From positions 40,524-104,523 of the IMG/VR virus record IMGVR_UViG_3300028384_001275: 64,000 bases of DNA. One strand, given 5' to 3'. The notes under the pieces are model-generated. The model was not told the DNA's origin, ran no database searches, and saw nothing but the letters and a program-made list of their open reading frames with translations. The translations under genes were made by a program, and so were the position numbers. Below are positions 1-8,920 of the stretch, piece after piece. The DNA is from a virus. Numbering within the stretch: the first letter of the stretch is position 1; each line of letters begins with the position of its first letter.

Positions 1-537
1 GATTATACCTTTGGTGATGTGCATATTTTAGATATTCCTGAAAAACAAAAAAGTATTGGTTTCACTCATGTGTTGTTAGATAGTGATGGAAGTAAGAGTC
101 CTTATTATGAGATCTTTGCAGCACTATTAGATGAAATCCAAGATGCCTTACCTGCCCCTATCGAGTTTTTTCGTGTTAGACTTGCATTGCAGTTGAATAA
201 TGGTATAGACTCACATAATGCAGCACATACTGATAGTGAGAAAGATCATTATGCTGCATTATTTTACTTTCATGATTCATCTGGAGACACTGTATTCATG
301 GATCAATATGATAATCCCAATGAAGGTACAATTGATGAAAGATGGATGAGAGCGAGGACTCAAAACTACACTATTCAAAAGAGAGTAACACCCAAAGCGA
401 ATAGATTGTTTGTATTTGATGGTCATCAATTTCATTCATCATCCAATCCAACTGACAATAAGTTTCGTATTATTCTGAATCTCAATTTCACTTCTGATGT
501 CGATCTCTTCGCTGCTGCAAACACTAACAACAACTAA
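1..537 (+). CDS. 2OG-Fe(II) oxygenase superfamily protein (5' truncated by the window)
   Basis: Frame is open from base 1; HTD...H(FHSS)...R(RIILNLNF) ligand pattern and GDTVF/NRLFVFDG strands. Confidence 0.85.
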   Translation, partial: DYTFGDVHILDIPEKQKSIGFTHVLLDSDGSKSPYYEIFAALLDEIQDALPAPIEFFRVRLALQLNNGIDSHNAAHTDSEKDHYAALFYFHDSSGDTVFMDQYDNPNEGTIDERWMRARTQNYTIQKRVTPKANRLFVFDGHQFHSSSNPTDNKFRIILNLNFTSDVDLFAAANTNNN

Positions 538-1201
538 AAACTGGGATATTGATGATACTCCCCAATATTGGCAGAATATATGTGATGATCCCAGTGTATT
601 TGCTACATGGAAAGAAGTTGAGTATTGCCTTAATAATCCACAGGTATTTGATATTCAGCTAATTGATTCTAGGACTAATCAATACTACGATCTGCAATAC
701 TTCCCCAGACACTGGTCTAAACCTTGCCCTGATGTGTCTGATATTATGGATGCTGTCTCCAATGGACATAATATCGTAATCAATAATTTTAGCTGGGTTA
801 ATCACAAAAAACAAATACTATTGGATCAAATTGAGAATACTTTTCATGGTATAACTGCTGACTTTCATGTTTATGCTGGCATCAAAACTTCAAAGTCATT
901 TAGAATACATGAGGATTATTCTAATAACTTTATTGTCCAAGTGGAAGGAGAAACGCACTGGAAAGTATATAACAATCGTCGATCATTCTTAAACACACAA
1001 ATAAATTATATTCTTAATGAGGATGATTTAGATTGTATTATTGATGTTAAAATGCAACCAGGAGATATTCTCTACATACCACAAGGGTGTTATCATTTAG
1101 CACAACCACAAGAAAAAAGATTGTCTATTAGTATTCCTATGCAATCTAGATTGGCACACTTAAAAATGACAGATCGTAAGTATTATGCTCTCCCCAGTTA
1201 A
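497..1201 (+). CDS. JmjC/cupin-4 (ROXA/YcfD-like) Fe(II) dioxygenase
   Basis: SFRIHED, FIVQVEGETHWKVY and PGDILYIPQGCYHLA are typical cupin-4/JmjC motifs. Confidence 0.85.
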   Translation: MSISSLLQTLTTTKNWDIDDTPQYWQNICDDPSVFATWKEVEYCLNNPQVFDIQLIDSRTNQYYDLQYFPRHWSKPCPDVSDIMDAVSNGHNIVINNFSWVNHKKQILLDQIENTFHGITADFHVYAGIKTSKSFRIHEDYSNNFIVQVEGETHWKVYNNRRSFLNTQINYILNEDDLDCIIDVKMQPGDILYIPQGCYHLAQPQEKRLSISIPMQSRLAHLKMTDRKYYALPS

Positions 1202-1790
1202 TGTATTTCCATACATTTATAAAGCACAGTATGATTTTAATTTTGAATCTATTCAGCATGTAGTAGATCAACATTTAGATGATGCTCGTGAGCGTGGCAA
1301 TCCTGTTACCTTAGAAAAGAATGGTGGCGTCACGAGTGTTGTATTGTGCAAGGAGAATCCTCCTCATGGGTGGCCTTTGTTTGATGATTTTAAGGAGTGG
1401 TTGTTTCCTACTGTAGATGAATTGTGGGAAACTTGGAGAATGCAACCATGCTGTAAAACATTATCTGAGTCTTGGATTAATGTGCATCCCCCTGGTGCAT
1501 ATACTGCTGAGCATCATCATCAAAATGTCCAAGTTGCTGTATCCTGCTATCTCTCAGTGCCAGAAAATAGCGGTAGGTTTGTCATACAAAATCCACTAAA
1601 CATTTATAAGTTGGGTGAACCACTCAACTATCACTATTATGATCAGGAGATGGATTGGATGCCTATTGATGTGCAAACGAATGATGTGCTATTCTTCCCA
1701 GGTTGGTTAAACCATAAAACTGAAGTCAATAAATCAAACGACAATAGATATATTATGTCAATGAATATCATGGGTAATCTTAATGCTTGA
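1185..1790 (+). CDS. Putative 2OG-Fe(II) oxygenase, TIGR02466-like
   Basis: SWINVHPPGAYTAEHHH, YL, LFFPGWLNH and RYIMSMN motifs. Confidence 0.85.
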   Translation: MLSPVNVFPYIYKAQYDFNFESIQHVVDQHLDDARERGNPVTLEKNGGVTSVVLCKENPPHGWPLFDDFKEWLFPTVDELWETWRMQPCCKTLSESWINVHPPGAYTAEHHHQNVQVAVSCYLSVPENSGRFVIQNPLNIYKLGEPLNYHYYDQEMDWMPIDVQTNDVLFFPGWLNHKTEVNKSNDNRYIMSMNIMGNLNA

Positions 1791-2487
1791 AGTCCACGAC
1801 ACTAAAATTGTAAATTGGCAGTTGTTTGAGAAGATTGTGCATCTTCCCTACAAATTCACACGCACTGATGTGCCACCAACAGAATCACGTCCAGAGATAG
1901 ATTTCGCTGGTCTTTATTGGACTCATCAGCTATACAATTACTGTCCAGTTTCTGACCCTGACTATTTTCAGAATGCAGGACTTGATGGTAGTGATGATCC
2001 TATGTGGAAAGATATCCTCACCTATCTAGAGGCAACTGTGCCTAGTATGCCCCCTCGGGATAATCTTTATAGTGCATATATTAATGTATTGCGAGAGGGC
2101 AACAATCCTGGCATTCATGTTGATGCACCATATTTTGTGCCTGACAATCAAACAGTGCTGTTATATTTGAATCCTGATTGGGATCCAGAATGGGGTGGCG
2201 AAACTATATTTTTTGATCATGATCTTGACGCAAAAACTCTTGTTGCTCCTCGTGCTGGTCGTATTGTTATCTTTGATGGCAGGATCCCCCACACAGGAAG
2301 ACCACCAACGCCAAAATACAACCACAACAGGTATATTATGGCATTCAAATATATGAATCCAGAAGAGCGAGAGAAACTATTTGTTGACTATGAATTGAAT
2401 AACATGCCACCTGTTGAGGATCGTGGCATCGCGGGTTTTGATTCCCTGACAGTAAAAGAAATCTGGAAAACACTTGACAAAATCTAA
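1783..2487 (+). CDS. 2OG-Fe(II) oxygenase, prolyl-4-hydroxylase-like
   Basis: IHVD, LLYLNPDWDPEWGGETIF, GRIVIFDGRIPH and RY motifs. Confidence 0.88.
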   Translation: MLEVHDTKIVNWQLFEKIVHLPYKFTRTDVPPTESRPEIDFAGLYWTHQLYNYCPVSDPDYFQNAGLDGSDDPMWKDILTYLEATVPSMPPRDNLYSAYINVLREGNNPGIHVDAPYFVPDNQTVLLYLNPDWDPEWGGETIFFDHDLDAKTLVAPRAGRIVIFDGRIPHTGRPPTPKYNHNRYIMAFKYMNPEEREKLFVDYELNNMPPVEDRGIAGFDSLTVKEIWKTLDKI

Positions 2488-2507
2488 AGAGTGGATATTG
2501 TTAAATA
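2474..2507 (+). promoter_or_regulatory. Overlapping sigma70-like and late-type promoter
   Basis: TTGACA (2474-2479), 16 nt, TATTGT (2496-2501), followed directly by TAAATA (2502-2507); GGAGG RBS before ATG 2534. Confidence 0.5.
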
Positions 2508-2533
2508 GTATTGGACCCTCTAGGGAGGATCAA

Positions 2534-2695
2534 ATGTTCACAGTCAAGTCAGCACTCCTCAATCGTGAGGAAAAAAACCTAGTCAGACGTGCCCTCTTTC
2601 TTTATCAGAAAGATTGTTATAATCGATATGGTGATCTGACAGACGAGCAACACGAACTAATAGCGGAGATTGCGGACAAACTACATTTACGATAA
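2534..2695 (+). CDS. Small hypothetical protein
   Basis: ORF with start moved to ATG 2534 after the GGAGG RBS. Confidence 0.7.
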   Translation: MFTVKSALLNREEKNLVRRALFLYQKDCYNRYGDLTDEQHELIAEIADKLHLR

Positions 2696-2697
2696 TT

Positions 2698-3318
2698 ATG
2701 GAAGTATTGCCTTTATTTTCTACCCCTGTTTATCTTGATACCTGTGACATTCCTGAGATAGACTTTAACATGGAGTGGCAGAATCCTTGCGGTGATGATC
2801 CTACTTACGGCAACAATGGTAAGATCTCAGCTAATACTAATTGGTTAGAAGTTGGATTGTATAGTGATCTGAAACGCACGATTGAAGCACACCTCTCACA
2901 ATATGTTTTTGGTGTGCTGGGTAGTGGTAAAGGCATCACATTAGAGCACCAATCCTCCTGGGTCAATAGACACGACAGGGGAGATCGTGCTGCCAATCAT
3001 GTGCATGTGAATAGCATGTTTAGTGGTGTTTTATACTTAGAGGTCCCACCAGATTCGGGGGATCTAATTTTTAATGTTCCTGCATCTGTGCCAACCTATT
3101 GCACCAACACCGTAAGTTTGGATATTGTAGAACCCAACGTCTACAATCAGCGTGAAGTCCCATTCACACCTGATAGGGGAGATATTATTATTTTCCCATC
3201 ACATCTTCCACATTATGTTACAGCTAACAACAGCGATTTGCCAAGATATAGTCTGGCATTCAACTATTTTGCTAAAGGTGTGGTAGGATACAACGAATCG
3301 CGGTTGCATCTGAAATGA
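2698..3318 (+). CDS. Putative 2OG-Fe(II) oxygenase, TIGR02466-like
   Basis: SWVN, HVHVNSMFSGVLYL, IIFPSHLPHYV and RYSLAFN motifs. Confidence 0.88.
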   Translation: MEVLPLFSTPVYLDTCDIPEIDFNMEWQNPCGDDPTYGNNGKISANTNWLEVGLYSDLKRTIEAHLSQYVFGVLGSGKGITLEHQSSWVNRHDRGDRAANHVHVNSMFSGVLYLEVPPDSGDLIFNVPASVPTYCTNTVSLDIVEPNVYNQREVPFTPDRGDIIIFPSHLPHYVTANNSDLPRYSLAFNYFAKGVVGYNESRLHLK

Positions 3319-3662
3319 CAACACCTTTAATGATCGGTGAAAGTGTGCCACTAGAAGTTAAAAAGATTATAGAGACACTTACATTGGGACGTAGAGCAAG
3401 ATTTAGAGGTTGTGAGGGATTCATTGATTTTATTTCAGATCAATATATAACTATTTGTTATAAGCAGAAGAAAAGTTTGCCTGGTAGTCGTAGACCATAT
3501 GAAAACTCTAGTATTTTAGTATATCATTGGGACTGGGATGATTTAGAGGTTGATGATAGTGCCATGCACGATGTTAGGCAATATAGAGGAAAGATTAATG
3601 ATCACCCAGGTAACGAAATGTTACCGTATACGCCCCAGGCGGCGGATGTTGCCATTCTCTAG
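3315..3662 (+). CDS. Hypothetical protein
   Basis: ORF coupled to the upstream gene by an ATGA overlap. Confidence 0.7.
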   Translation: MTTPLMIGESVPLEVKKIIETLTLGRRARFRGCEGFIDFISDQYITICYKQKKSLPGSRRPYENSSILVYHWDWDDLEVDDSAMHDVRQYRGKINDHPGNEMLPYTPQAADVAIL

Positions 3663-3678
3663 CGTGATGGTGTATAAT
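3649..3678 (+). promoter_or_regulatory. Sigma70-like early promoter
   Basis: TTGCCA, 18 nt, TATAAT upstream of ATG 3702. Confidence 0.65.
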
Positions 3679-3701
3679 TTCAGAGTAACGCACCCCACCC
3701 G

Positions 3702-4304
3702 ATGACCAGCACCCTCTCCAAGGTATACCGCGACCTGATCCCCGTTGCCCTGAATGAGATGACCAGCATCCTGAATCAAATGCTTAGTGTGATCGATAAG
3801 GACCTGGATGGTATGGGTGGCACTGTTGATAAGACTAAGTTTCTGGCACATGTGCAACCCGTAGCTTTTAAGAATGCTGCTGCACGTCTTGGCATTGACT
3901 ATAACTTTGTCAATGCAAATGGTTACGACACTGAGATCAACATCCACGAAGAAGGTGCTGAGATCCGTTTTCGTATTGAGGACAAAATGTCTCTGATGGA
4001 ATCCACTGATTCTTTTGCTACTGGCAATAACCACAGCAAAGTCAAAGATTACACTCACTTTGTGATGAAGTTGCAGAATGTGGGTAACATCTTCACATCA
4101 TGCTTTGCTGCTCTAATTGATGTCCCCAATCTGTCAGATGGCAGCGGTTGGAATGATACTGTCACCAAGTCAGGTAAGAATAACAATGGTTTCTCTTCCC
4201 TGAAGATTCTTAAGGAAGATGCTGATAAGATTGAGGTGATCTATGGTAGCATTCGTAATGCCAAGAAATTCATCCACTCCGAATACGAAACTCTCGATGC
4301 TTGA
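3702..4304 (+). CDS. Hypothetical protein, possible PD-(D/E)xK restriction-endonuclease-like
   Basis: GYD...IEDK motif; overlaps the start of a DNA methyltransferase gene. Confidence 0.5.
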   Translation: MTSTLSKVYRDLIPVALNEMTSILNQMLSVIDKDLDGMGGTVDKTKFLAHVQPVAFKNAAARLGIDYNFVNANGYDTEINIHEEGAEIRFRIEDKMSLMESTDSFATGNNHSKVKDYTHFVMKLQNVGNIFTSCFAALIDVPNLSDGSGWNDTVTKSGKNNNGFSSLKILKEDADKIEVIYGSIRNAKKFIHSEYETLDA

Positions 4305-5084
4305 TATTAATACCACACACCACATGAATTGCATCGATGGGATGCAACAAATGGATGCTGAAAGTGTTGACCTAGTTATCACCTCTCCTCCATATTCATG
4401 AAGGTTGCAGATGAGTTGTCTCGTGTGCTCAAACCTGGTGGAGTCATTATGTGGAATGTCAACGATGCCACGGTGAAAGGTAGTGAAACTGGTAGTAGTT
4501 TTCGGCAGTGCCTTTACTTTATGGATGCTCATGGTCTCCGTTTACATGATACTATGATCTATGAAAAGACAGGCACAGCGTTTGCATCTGGTCCAAATAG
4601 TGTGAGATATACTCAGATCTTTGAGTATTGTTTTATTCTATCCAAGGGCAAACCTAAGACAATTAATCTTATTCAAGACAAGAAGAATAAGTGGGCAGGA
4701 TATACTTCATTCGGCAATGCTGTGACTAGGAAGAAGGATGGCACCTTCAATGATCCTGGTAAGAAGAGTAATGCCATCAGAGAATGGGGAGTGAGGACTA
4801 ACATCTGGAAGATCAAGAATAGTGGTGGTTTTGGACAATCATCCAAGGCAAGTTACAAACATCCTGCTACAATGCCTGAAGAGTTAGCTAGAGGTCATGT
4901 AATTACATGGTCTAATGAGAAAGATCTAATTCTTGATCCTTTTATGGGTGCTGGCACCACTGCCCAGGTTGCCCTAGAAGAAAACCGCAATTTTATTGGT
5001 TTTGAGATTGATGATACATATCATCAAATGTGTGTTGACAGAATCACACCAATGCAGGACAATTTATTGACACGGTTATGCTAA
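4297..5084 (+). pseudogene. Beta-class N4-C/N6-A DNA methyltransferase, frame-disrupted in this sequence
   Basis: 4297-4401 encodes MLDINTTHHMNCIDGMQQMDAESVDLVITSPPY then S-stop; the remainder (RVLKPGG, HPATMP, LDPFMGAGTT, FIGFEID) continues in another frame from about 4395. Confidence 0.85.
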
Positions 5085-5281
5085 GAAACAAAGCAAAAGT
5101 AACACCTAAGAGTGATAAAGCAAAGAAGATCTTTGCTGAATATCTCAACAGTAAACCTATTGTAACTGTTGAGCATAAACGTGAGGACCGTTGGTTTTTC
5201 TCTAGCATAGATAATCCAGACTTCTGGTTTTGGGTTGATGTGCCTAAAGATATCAACTGGGAGTATACTTTAATCGATTAA
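5078..5281 (+). CDS. Hypothetical protein
   Basis: ORF in a tightly packed operon. Confidence 0.7.
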   Translation: MLRNKAKVTPKSDKAKKIFAEYLNSKPIVTVEHKREDRWFFSSIDNPDFWFWVDVPKDINWEYTLID

Positions 5282-5335
5282 TTGCCCCAACTGCCCTACA
5301 TGTCCATGACTGTAACTATCACCAGCGAGAAATCT

Positions 5336-5614
5336 ATGTCTAACTATGAGAAATTGGTAGAAGACCTGAAAGAATTGATTTCAGGATATGTTGAAGAAGA
5401 TCAAGTATCTCCCACACAATTTGTGTGTGCTCTAAGAGCAGCATTGGCAGAGTGTCATGAATGGCATGAAACTAGATCAGTATTGCTCGAAGATACTCTA
5501 GAATTGCTCAAGACAAGGAAAACTGTAGTCACTGAGCGTGAGTTACTCTTAGAGACCACAGAAGATGTCGCTAAAGTAAACTATCAAGCAGGTTTTTGGC
5601 CTGGAAATGATTAA
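5336..5614 (+). CDS. Hypothetical protein (start uncertain, 5282-5336)
   Basis: ORF; resembles 7886..8140. Confidence 0.65.
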   Translation: MSNYEKLVEDLKELISGYVEEDQVSPTQFVCALRAALAECHEWHETRSVLLEDTLELLKTRKTVVTERELLLETTEDVAKVNYQAGFWPGND

Positions 5615-5841
5615 TGAGTGCAGCAGATAACGCAGAGCAAGCATCACGAAAGATGCTTGCTAAATTACAAGAATATAACAATAAGATTCTTGGTAGTGAT
5701 GACATCGAAGAATCAATTATTGAGCGAGTGAATGCAGCAACAGAATTGCGGGACATATTGCAATCAACCCGAAAAATGCAAGAGTTGGCAGCAAAGCAAC
5801 ATCGACATTCTAAGCAGAGTGAGACTACCGATGAAGTATGA
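5614..5841 (+). CDS. Hypothetical helical protein
   Basis: TAATG coupling to the upstream ORF. Confidence 0.65.
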   Translation: MSAADNAEQASRKMLAKLQEYNNKILGSDDIEESIIERVNAATELRDILQSTRKMQELAAKQHRHSKQSETTDEV

Positions 5842-6388
5842 TAAACCTATAGTTATTGATAATTACTTTCCAGATTGGTTAGTTGATCATGTTGGAGATT
5901 ATTTTGCTGGTTATCCTGTAACCTTTACAAATTCTCCAACTGCTGTATATGAAAATGCCAAATTCTTTGGCAATATGATAATGACTGACGATCAATGGAC
6001 TGTGCCTGAAGATATTCAGTCTTGGTTTATTGAATACTTTAATAACTGCATTTATTTTGATATTTGTAAGAATGATAACATCACACATTGTCATCGCATT
6101 CTATTAAATGGGCAGGTGAAAGGTCAAAAATCACAGAATCACTGTGATTCAGATTATGATTGTTATTTGAGTGTGATTTATCATGCTTCAGGCACATCTG
6201 GAAGCACAGTGTTTGTGAATGATTCTGATGAGGATGTGCAAGAGGTAGAGTTTAAGCCTGGGCGCATGATTCTCTTCAATTCTACACTCTGGCATCGTGG
6301 AGATCCACCAGTTGATGATAACTATCGTGTGAGTCTTGGTTGTGTTTATCCCATGGTGCCCATTCAGGATCTTCCCCACCCCGTGTGA
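5831..6388 (+). CDS. 2OG-Fe(II) oxygenase superfamily protein
   Basis: NHCD, GSTVF, PGRMILFNSTLWHRG and RVSL motifs; start placed at ATG 5831 (MKYDKPIVIDN). Confidence 0.85.
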   Translation: MKYDKPIVIDNYFPDWLVDHVGDYFAGYPVTFTNSPTAVYENAKFFGNMIMTDDQWTVPEDIQSWFIEYFNNCIYFDICKNDNITHCHRILLNGQVKGQKSQNHCDSDYDCYLSVIYHASGTSGSTVFVNDSDEDVQEVEFKPGRMILFNSTLWHRGDPPVDDNYRVSLGCVYPMVPIQDLPHPV

Positions 6389-6469
6389 CGGTCGGCAAGG
6401 TGCCCACTAATCTGGCACAGCACCTCTAAAGCATGTATATTAAAAGAGTCAAAGGGATCGCACCAAACG
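6383..6469 (+). promoter_or_regulatory. Repeated early-promoter element, copy A
   Basis: GTGACG-N9-GTGCCCAC followed by TGTATATTAAAAGAGTCAAAG (6434-6454). Confidence 0.75.
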
Positions 6470-6634
6470 ATGACCAAACGCGAAGCAAAAGCTAACTTTC
6501 TGGCAGTATCTGTCCCCGAAGGTCTCAACGATAAACCTGCAATGCGTTACGCTTGGGGTTTATATACCGACCTACTTTGCAAAGAAGGTTACATCACCAT
6601 GAAACAGTATGAAACCTGGACCTGCCCTTTCTGA
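6470..6634 (+). CDS. Small hypothetical protein, 54 aa (not in ORF track)
   Basis: MTKREAKANF...LCKEGYITMKQYETWTCPF directly behind promoter copy A. Confidence 0.75.
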   Translation: MTKREAKANFLAVSVPEGLNDKPAMRYAWGLYTDLLCKEGYITMKQYETWTCPF

Positions 6635-6671
6635 CCGCAAAAGTTACATCAAACCTCCAACATTTTCTACG

Positions 6672-6911
6672 ATGTCTGACTTTATTTGTGCTTACTTTGG
6701 TAAAGATTGGACCATCACTGCCCGAGGATTTGCATCACTCAAGCAGGCAGAATCGCATGGTAAATACATGATGCCAATGGCAGGATGTTTCGGTTTCGCT
6801 GTTATCTCAGAAGACCCAGATTCTTGGATTGTGTTTGATCAATTCAGCATGTTGTCTGGTAAAGAGACAGTAACTCGCGACGACTTCAAAAACTTCACTG
6901 TTTCCTTCTGA
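6672..6911 (+). CDS. Hypothetical protein
   Basis: ORF MSDFICAYFGKDW..., start placed at ATG 6672. Confidence 0.7.
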   Translation: MSDFICAYFGKDWTITARGFASLKQAESHGKYMMPMAGCFGFAVISEDPDSWIVFDQFSMLSGKETVTRDDFKNFTVSF

Positions 6912-7078
6912 TGATTACTTCCAAGAGTCAAATGCTCCGCATAATGAAAAATTGTGATGGAGCAGATATTCTCACCCGAGAGGAAAAGTTTCAGGTATTT
7001 GTGAGAGTTTGCGACAACATGTTGGAGCAAGGTAGAATGACCAAAGCAACTCACAAACGTTTCACCCACATTTTCTGA
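6911..7078 (+). CDS. Small hypothetical protein, 55 aa (not in ORF track)
   Basis: TGATG coupling at both ends; MITSKSQMLR...RFTHIF. Confidence 0.75.
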   Translation: MITSKSQMLRIMKNCDGADILTREEKFQVFVRVCDNMLEQGRMTKATHKRFTHIF

Positions 7079-7218
7079 TGCCATCATTCACTGATAAACA
7101 ACTAGAAATCATTCTTGATGCTGTTGAGGATTATGGTGTGCTAGCTGATGAGAATCTTGCCGACGATTGTGCTGAGATTCTTGACATCATCGAAGCATAC
7201 ATGCTTAACAAGAAATAG
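7078..7218 (+). CDS. Small acidic hypothetical protein, 46 aa (not in ORF track)
   Basis: TGATG coupling; MPSFTDKQLEIILDAVEDY...; ends exactly before promoter copy B. Confidence 0.7.
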   Translation: MPSFTDKQLEIILDAVEDYGVLADENLADDCAEILDIIEAYMLNKK

Positions 7219-7302
7219 GTGGACAGTCGGCAAAGCGCACACTGATCCACCCATTCGCCCCTAAATCCTGTATATTAAAAGAGTCAAAGGAATTCACACC
7301 AC
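7219..7302 (+). promoter_or_regulatory. Repeated early-promoter element, copy B
   Basis: GTGGACAGTCGGCAAAGCGCACAC followed by TGTATATTAAAAGAGTCAAAG (7269-7289). Confidence 0.75.
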
Positions 7303-7554
7303 ATGCAACTCACTTCCAAAGATGGTAACATGGTTGTTGACTTTTATCCCATCAAATTTGCAACGGGTGAAACTCACAATCGTCTGATGCTTAAGATTGT
7401 TACTTTCATGGGACAATCTCAGTCTAAGCGTTACATCAACAAGAAAGAAATGCAGCGTGAGATAGATTCTCGCGTTGAGGGTTATGGTTACGAAGTAACC
7501 GAGATTCACACAATCCCACAACTCTTCAACTCTGCAATGGGGATGGCGTGCTGA
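7303..7554 (+). CDS. Hypothetical protein
   Basis: ORF behind promoter copy B. Confidence 0.75.
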   Translation: MQLTSKDGNMVVDFYPIKFATGETHNRLMLKIVTFMGQSQSKRYINKKEMQREIDSRVEGYGYEVTEIHTIPQLFNSAMGMAC

Positions 7555-7856
7555 TGACAACTTACGAAGATGTGCTAGAGTATGAAAACTATTCTCCTTC
7601 AAGTCCTATGTCAATGATGAAACAAATTGTGATTGATAAGATGAATTCAAGTGACAATCGTGTGCCATTATGTGACATCGACATGACATCAGAGGAGGAG
7701 AATTGTATTCTCTGTCTGCTTGAAGAATATGGTTTGGATGATCCTCTCTGGGGTGAAACTGTCCGATCTATTCTTAACAAGAATCTGCAAAAACTGCGTG
7801 AGCTAAATGATACAACGTCTTCTGAATTGGTTGACAGTTCGTTTTACATTCTCTAA
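7554..7856 (+). CDS. Hypothetical protein
   Basis: ORF with TGATG coupling at 7552-7556. Confidence 0.65.
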   Translation: MTTYEDVLEYENYSPSSPMSMMKQIVIDKMNSSDNRVPLCDIDMTSEEENCILCLLEEYGLDDPLWGETVRSILNKNLQKLRELNDTTSSELVDSSFYIL

Positions 7857-7859
7857 ACT
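7831..7859 (+). promoter_or_regulatory. Sigma70-like promoter
   Basis: TTGACA, 17 nt, TAAACT. Confidence 0.6.
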
Positions 7860-7885
7860 TGGTATACCTTACTATCCGCCAAAAA

Positions 7886-8140
7886 ATGAATCCAATCGTG
7901 AATCCTGACACAACTTATCACAGTCAAAGATTTGATCGACTCGTTGATGCTGTCGATGACTATCTTACTGATGAAGATATATCTTCAGAAAGATTCTACA
8001 AAGACTTACTAGAGGCGATCAAAAATGGGGCAGACTATCACGATCGCTATGCGAGAAAGTATCATGAATCATACCTAAAAGTGTGTGGATTGTTGAAAGA
8101 TGTCAGTGTGCCACCTGACGAGGTGTCCACTATCGGTTGA
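7886..8140 (+). CDS. Hypothetical protein
   Basis: ATG 7886 downstream of the promoter; resembles 5336..5614. Confidence 0.7.
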   Translation: MNPIVNPDTTYHSQRFDRLVDAVDDYLTDEDISSERFYKDLLEAIKNGADYHDRYARKYHESYLKVCGLLKDVSVPPDEVSTIG

Positions 8141-8170
8141 TCTGGACCCGTTTTCCTGTATTCTAAGGAC
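8106..8170 (+). promoter_or_regulatory. Repeated early-promoter element, divergent copy
   Basis: GTGCCA-N9-GTGTCCAC, then TTGATC, 16 nt, TATTCT; shares TTTTCCTGTA with copy C. Confidence 0.65.
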
Positions 8171-8398
8171 ATGGAAAACAACGCAACCACAATGGTCTCA
8201 CTGCTCCAAGACTCCAAATTCATCGATGCTATTCAATCGATGCAATCTTTCGCTTTTGAGATGAATCCTGACATCGACATGTGTTACGATTATGTGTGTG
8301 AAATGGCAGGCATTTCCACCTTCGTTGCTGATGCTCCCGCATGGGATCTTTTCTACGATATGTGGGAAGTAGTTAAGGAGGAAAATGGTCTTGACTGA
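8171..8398 (+). CDS. Hypothetical acidic protein
   Basis: ORF whose ATG lies at the predicted transcription start. Confidence 0.7.
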   Translation: MENNATTMVSLLQDSKFIDAIQSMQSFAFEMNPDIDMCYDYVCEMAGISTFVADAPAWDLFYDMWEVVKEENGLD

Positions 8399-8435
8399 CA
8401 CTAAATCTTATCCACTGTTTTCTAATCTCACTAAA

Positions 8436-8672
8436 ATGATCATCTCTTCCGAATCTCGCACCATCAACAACATGGATCATAAAGTTATCACTGCCGATGG
8501 TCTTGATCGTGTCCAGATTAACAATCAGCTCCACTATCTGAATGTGGAGATGGATAAACTTAAAGCGAAACAATCTGTTTTGCTTGCTGCTCGCGATGCC
8601 ATTGATTATGAGTGCGAGCGTATGGAAATCGGCAACGATTGTGACAACTTGTTTGAGCAGATGTTTGAATGA
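8436..8672 (+). CDS. Hypothetical coiled-coil protein
   Basis: ORF, start placed at ATG 8436. Confidence 0.65.
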   Translation: MIISSESRTINNMDHKVITADGLDRVQINNQLHYLNVEMDKLKAKQSVLLAARDAIDYECERMEIGNDCDNLFEQMFE

Positions 8673-8716
8673 TTTCCCTACCTAATTACAGCAAACCACT
8701 CTCAACATTTCATCCC

Positions 8717-8920
8717 ATGATTACTGAAAAGGATCTCACTAATCTCAAAGAGAAGTATTTTGATTTCATCATTGATAACATGGACTACGATGGTTTATGT
8801 CAATTAGCATGGGATGCGTTGAGTGATTCCTACAAAGATTCTTCATGGGATGATGTAACCGAAGAGATCAAAGATCTTTATGATGAAGAGACTCTAATCC
8901 AACTTATTCCAGAATCATGA
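8717..8920 (+). CDS. Hypothetical acidic protein
   Basis: ORF, start placed at ATG 8717. Confidence 0.65.
   Translation: MITEKDLTNLKEKYFDFIIDNMDYDGLCQLAWDALSDSYKDSSWDDVTEEIKDLYDEETLIQLIPES

Noticed and set aside
4398-5084. Complete stand-alone methyltransferase as given by the ORF track
   Set aside because: Lacks the catalytic SPPY motif, which is encoded upstream in another frame
8408-8416. Single DnaA-box-like TTATCCACT
   Set aside because: One mismatch and isolated; expected by chance
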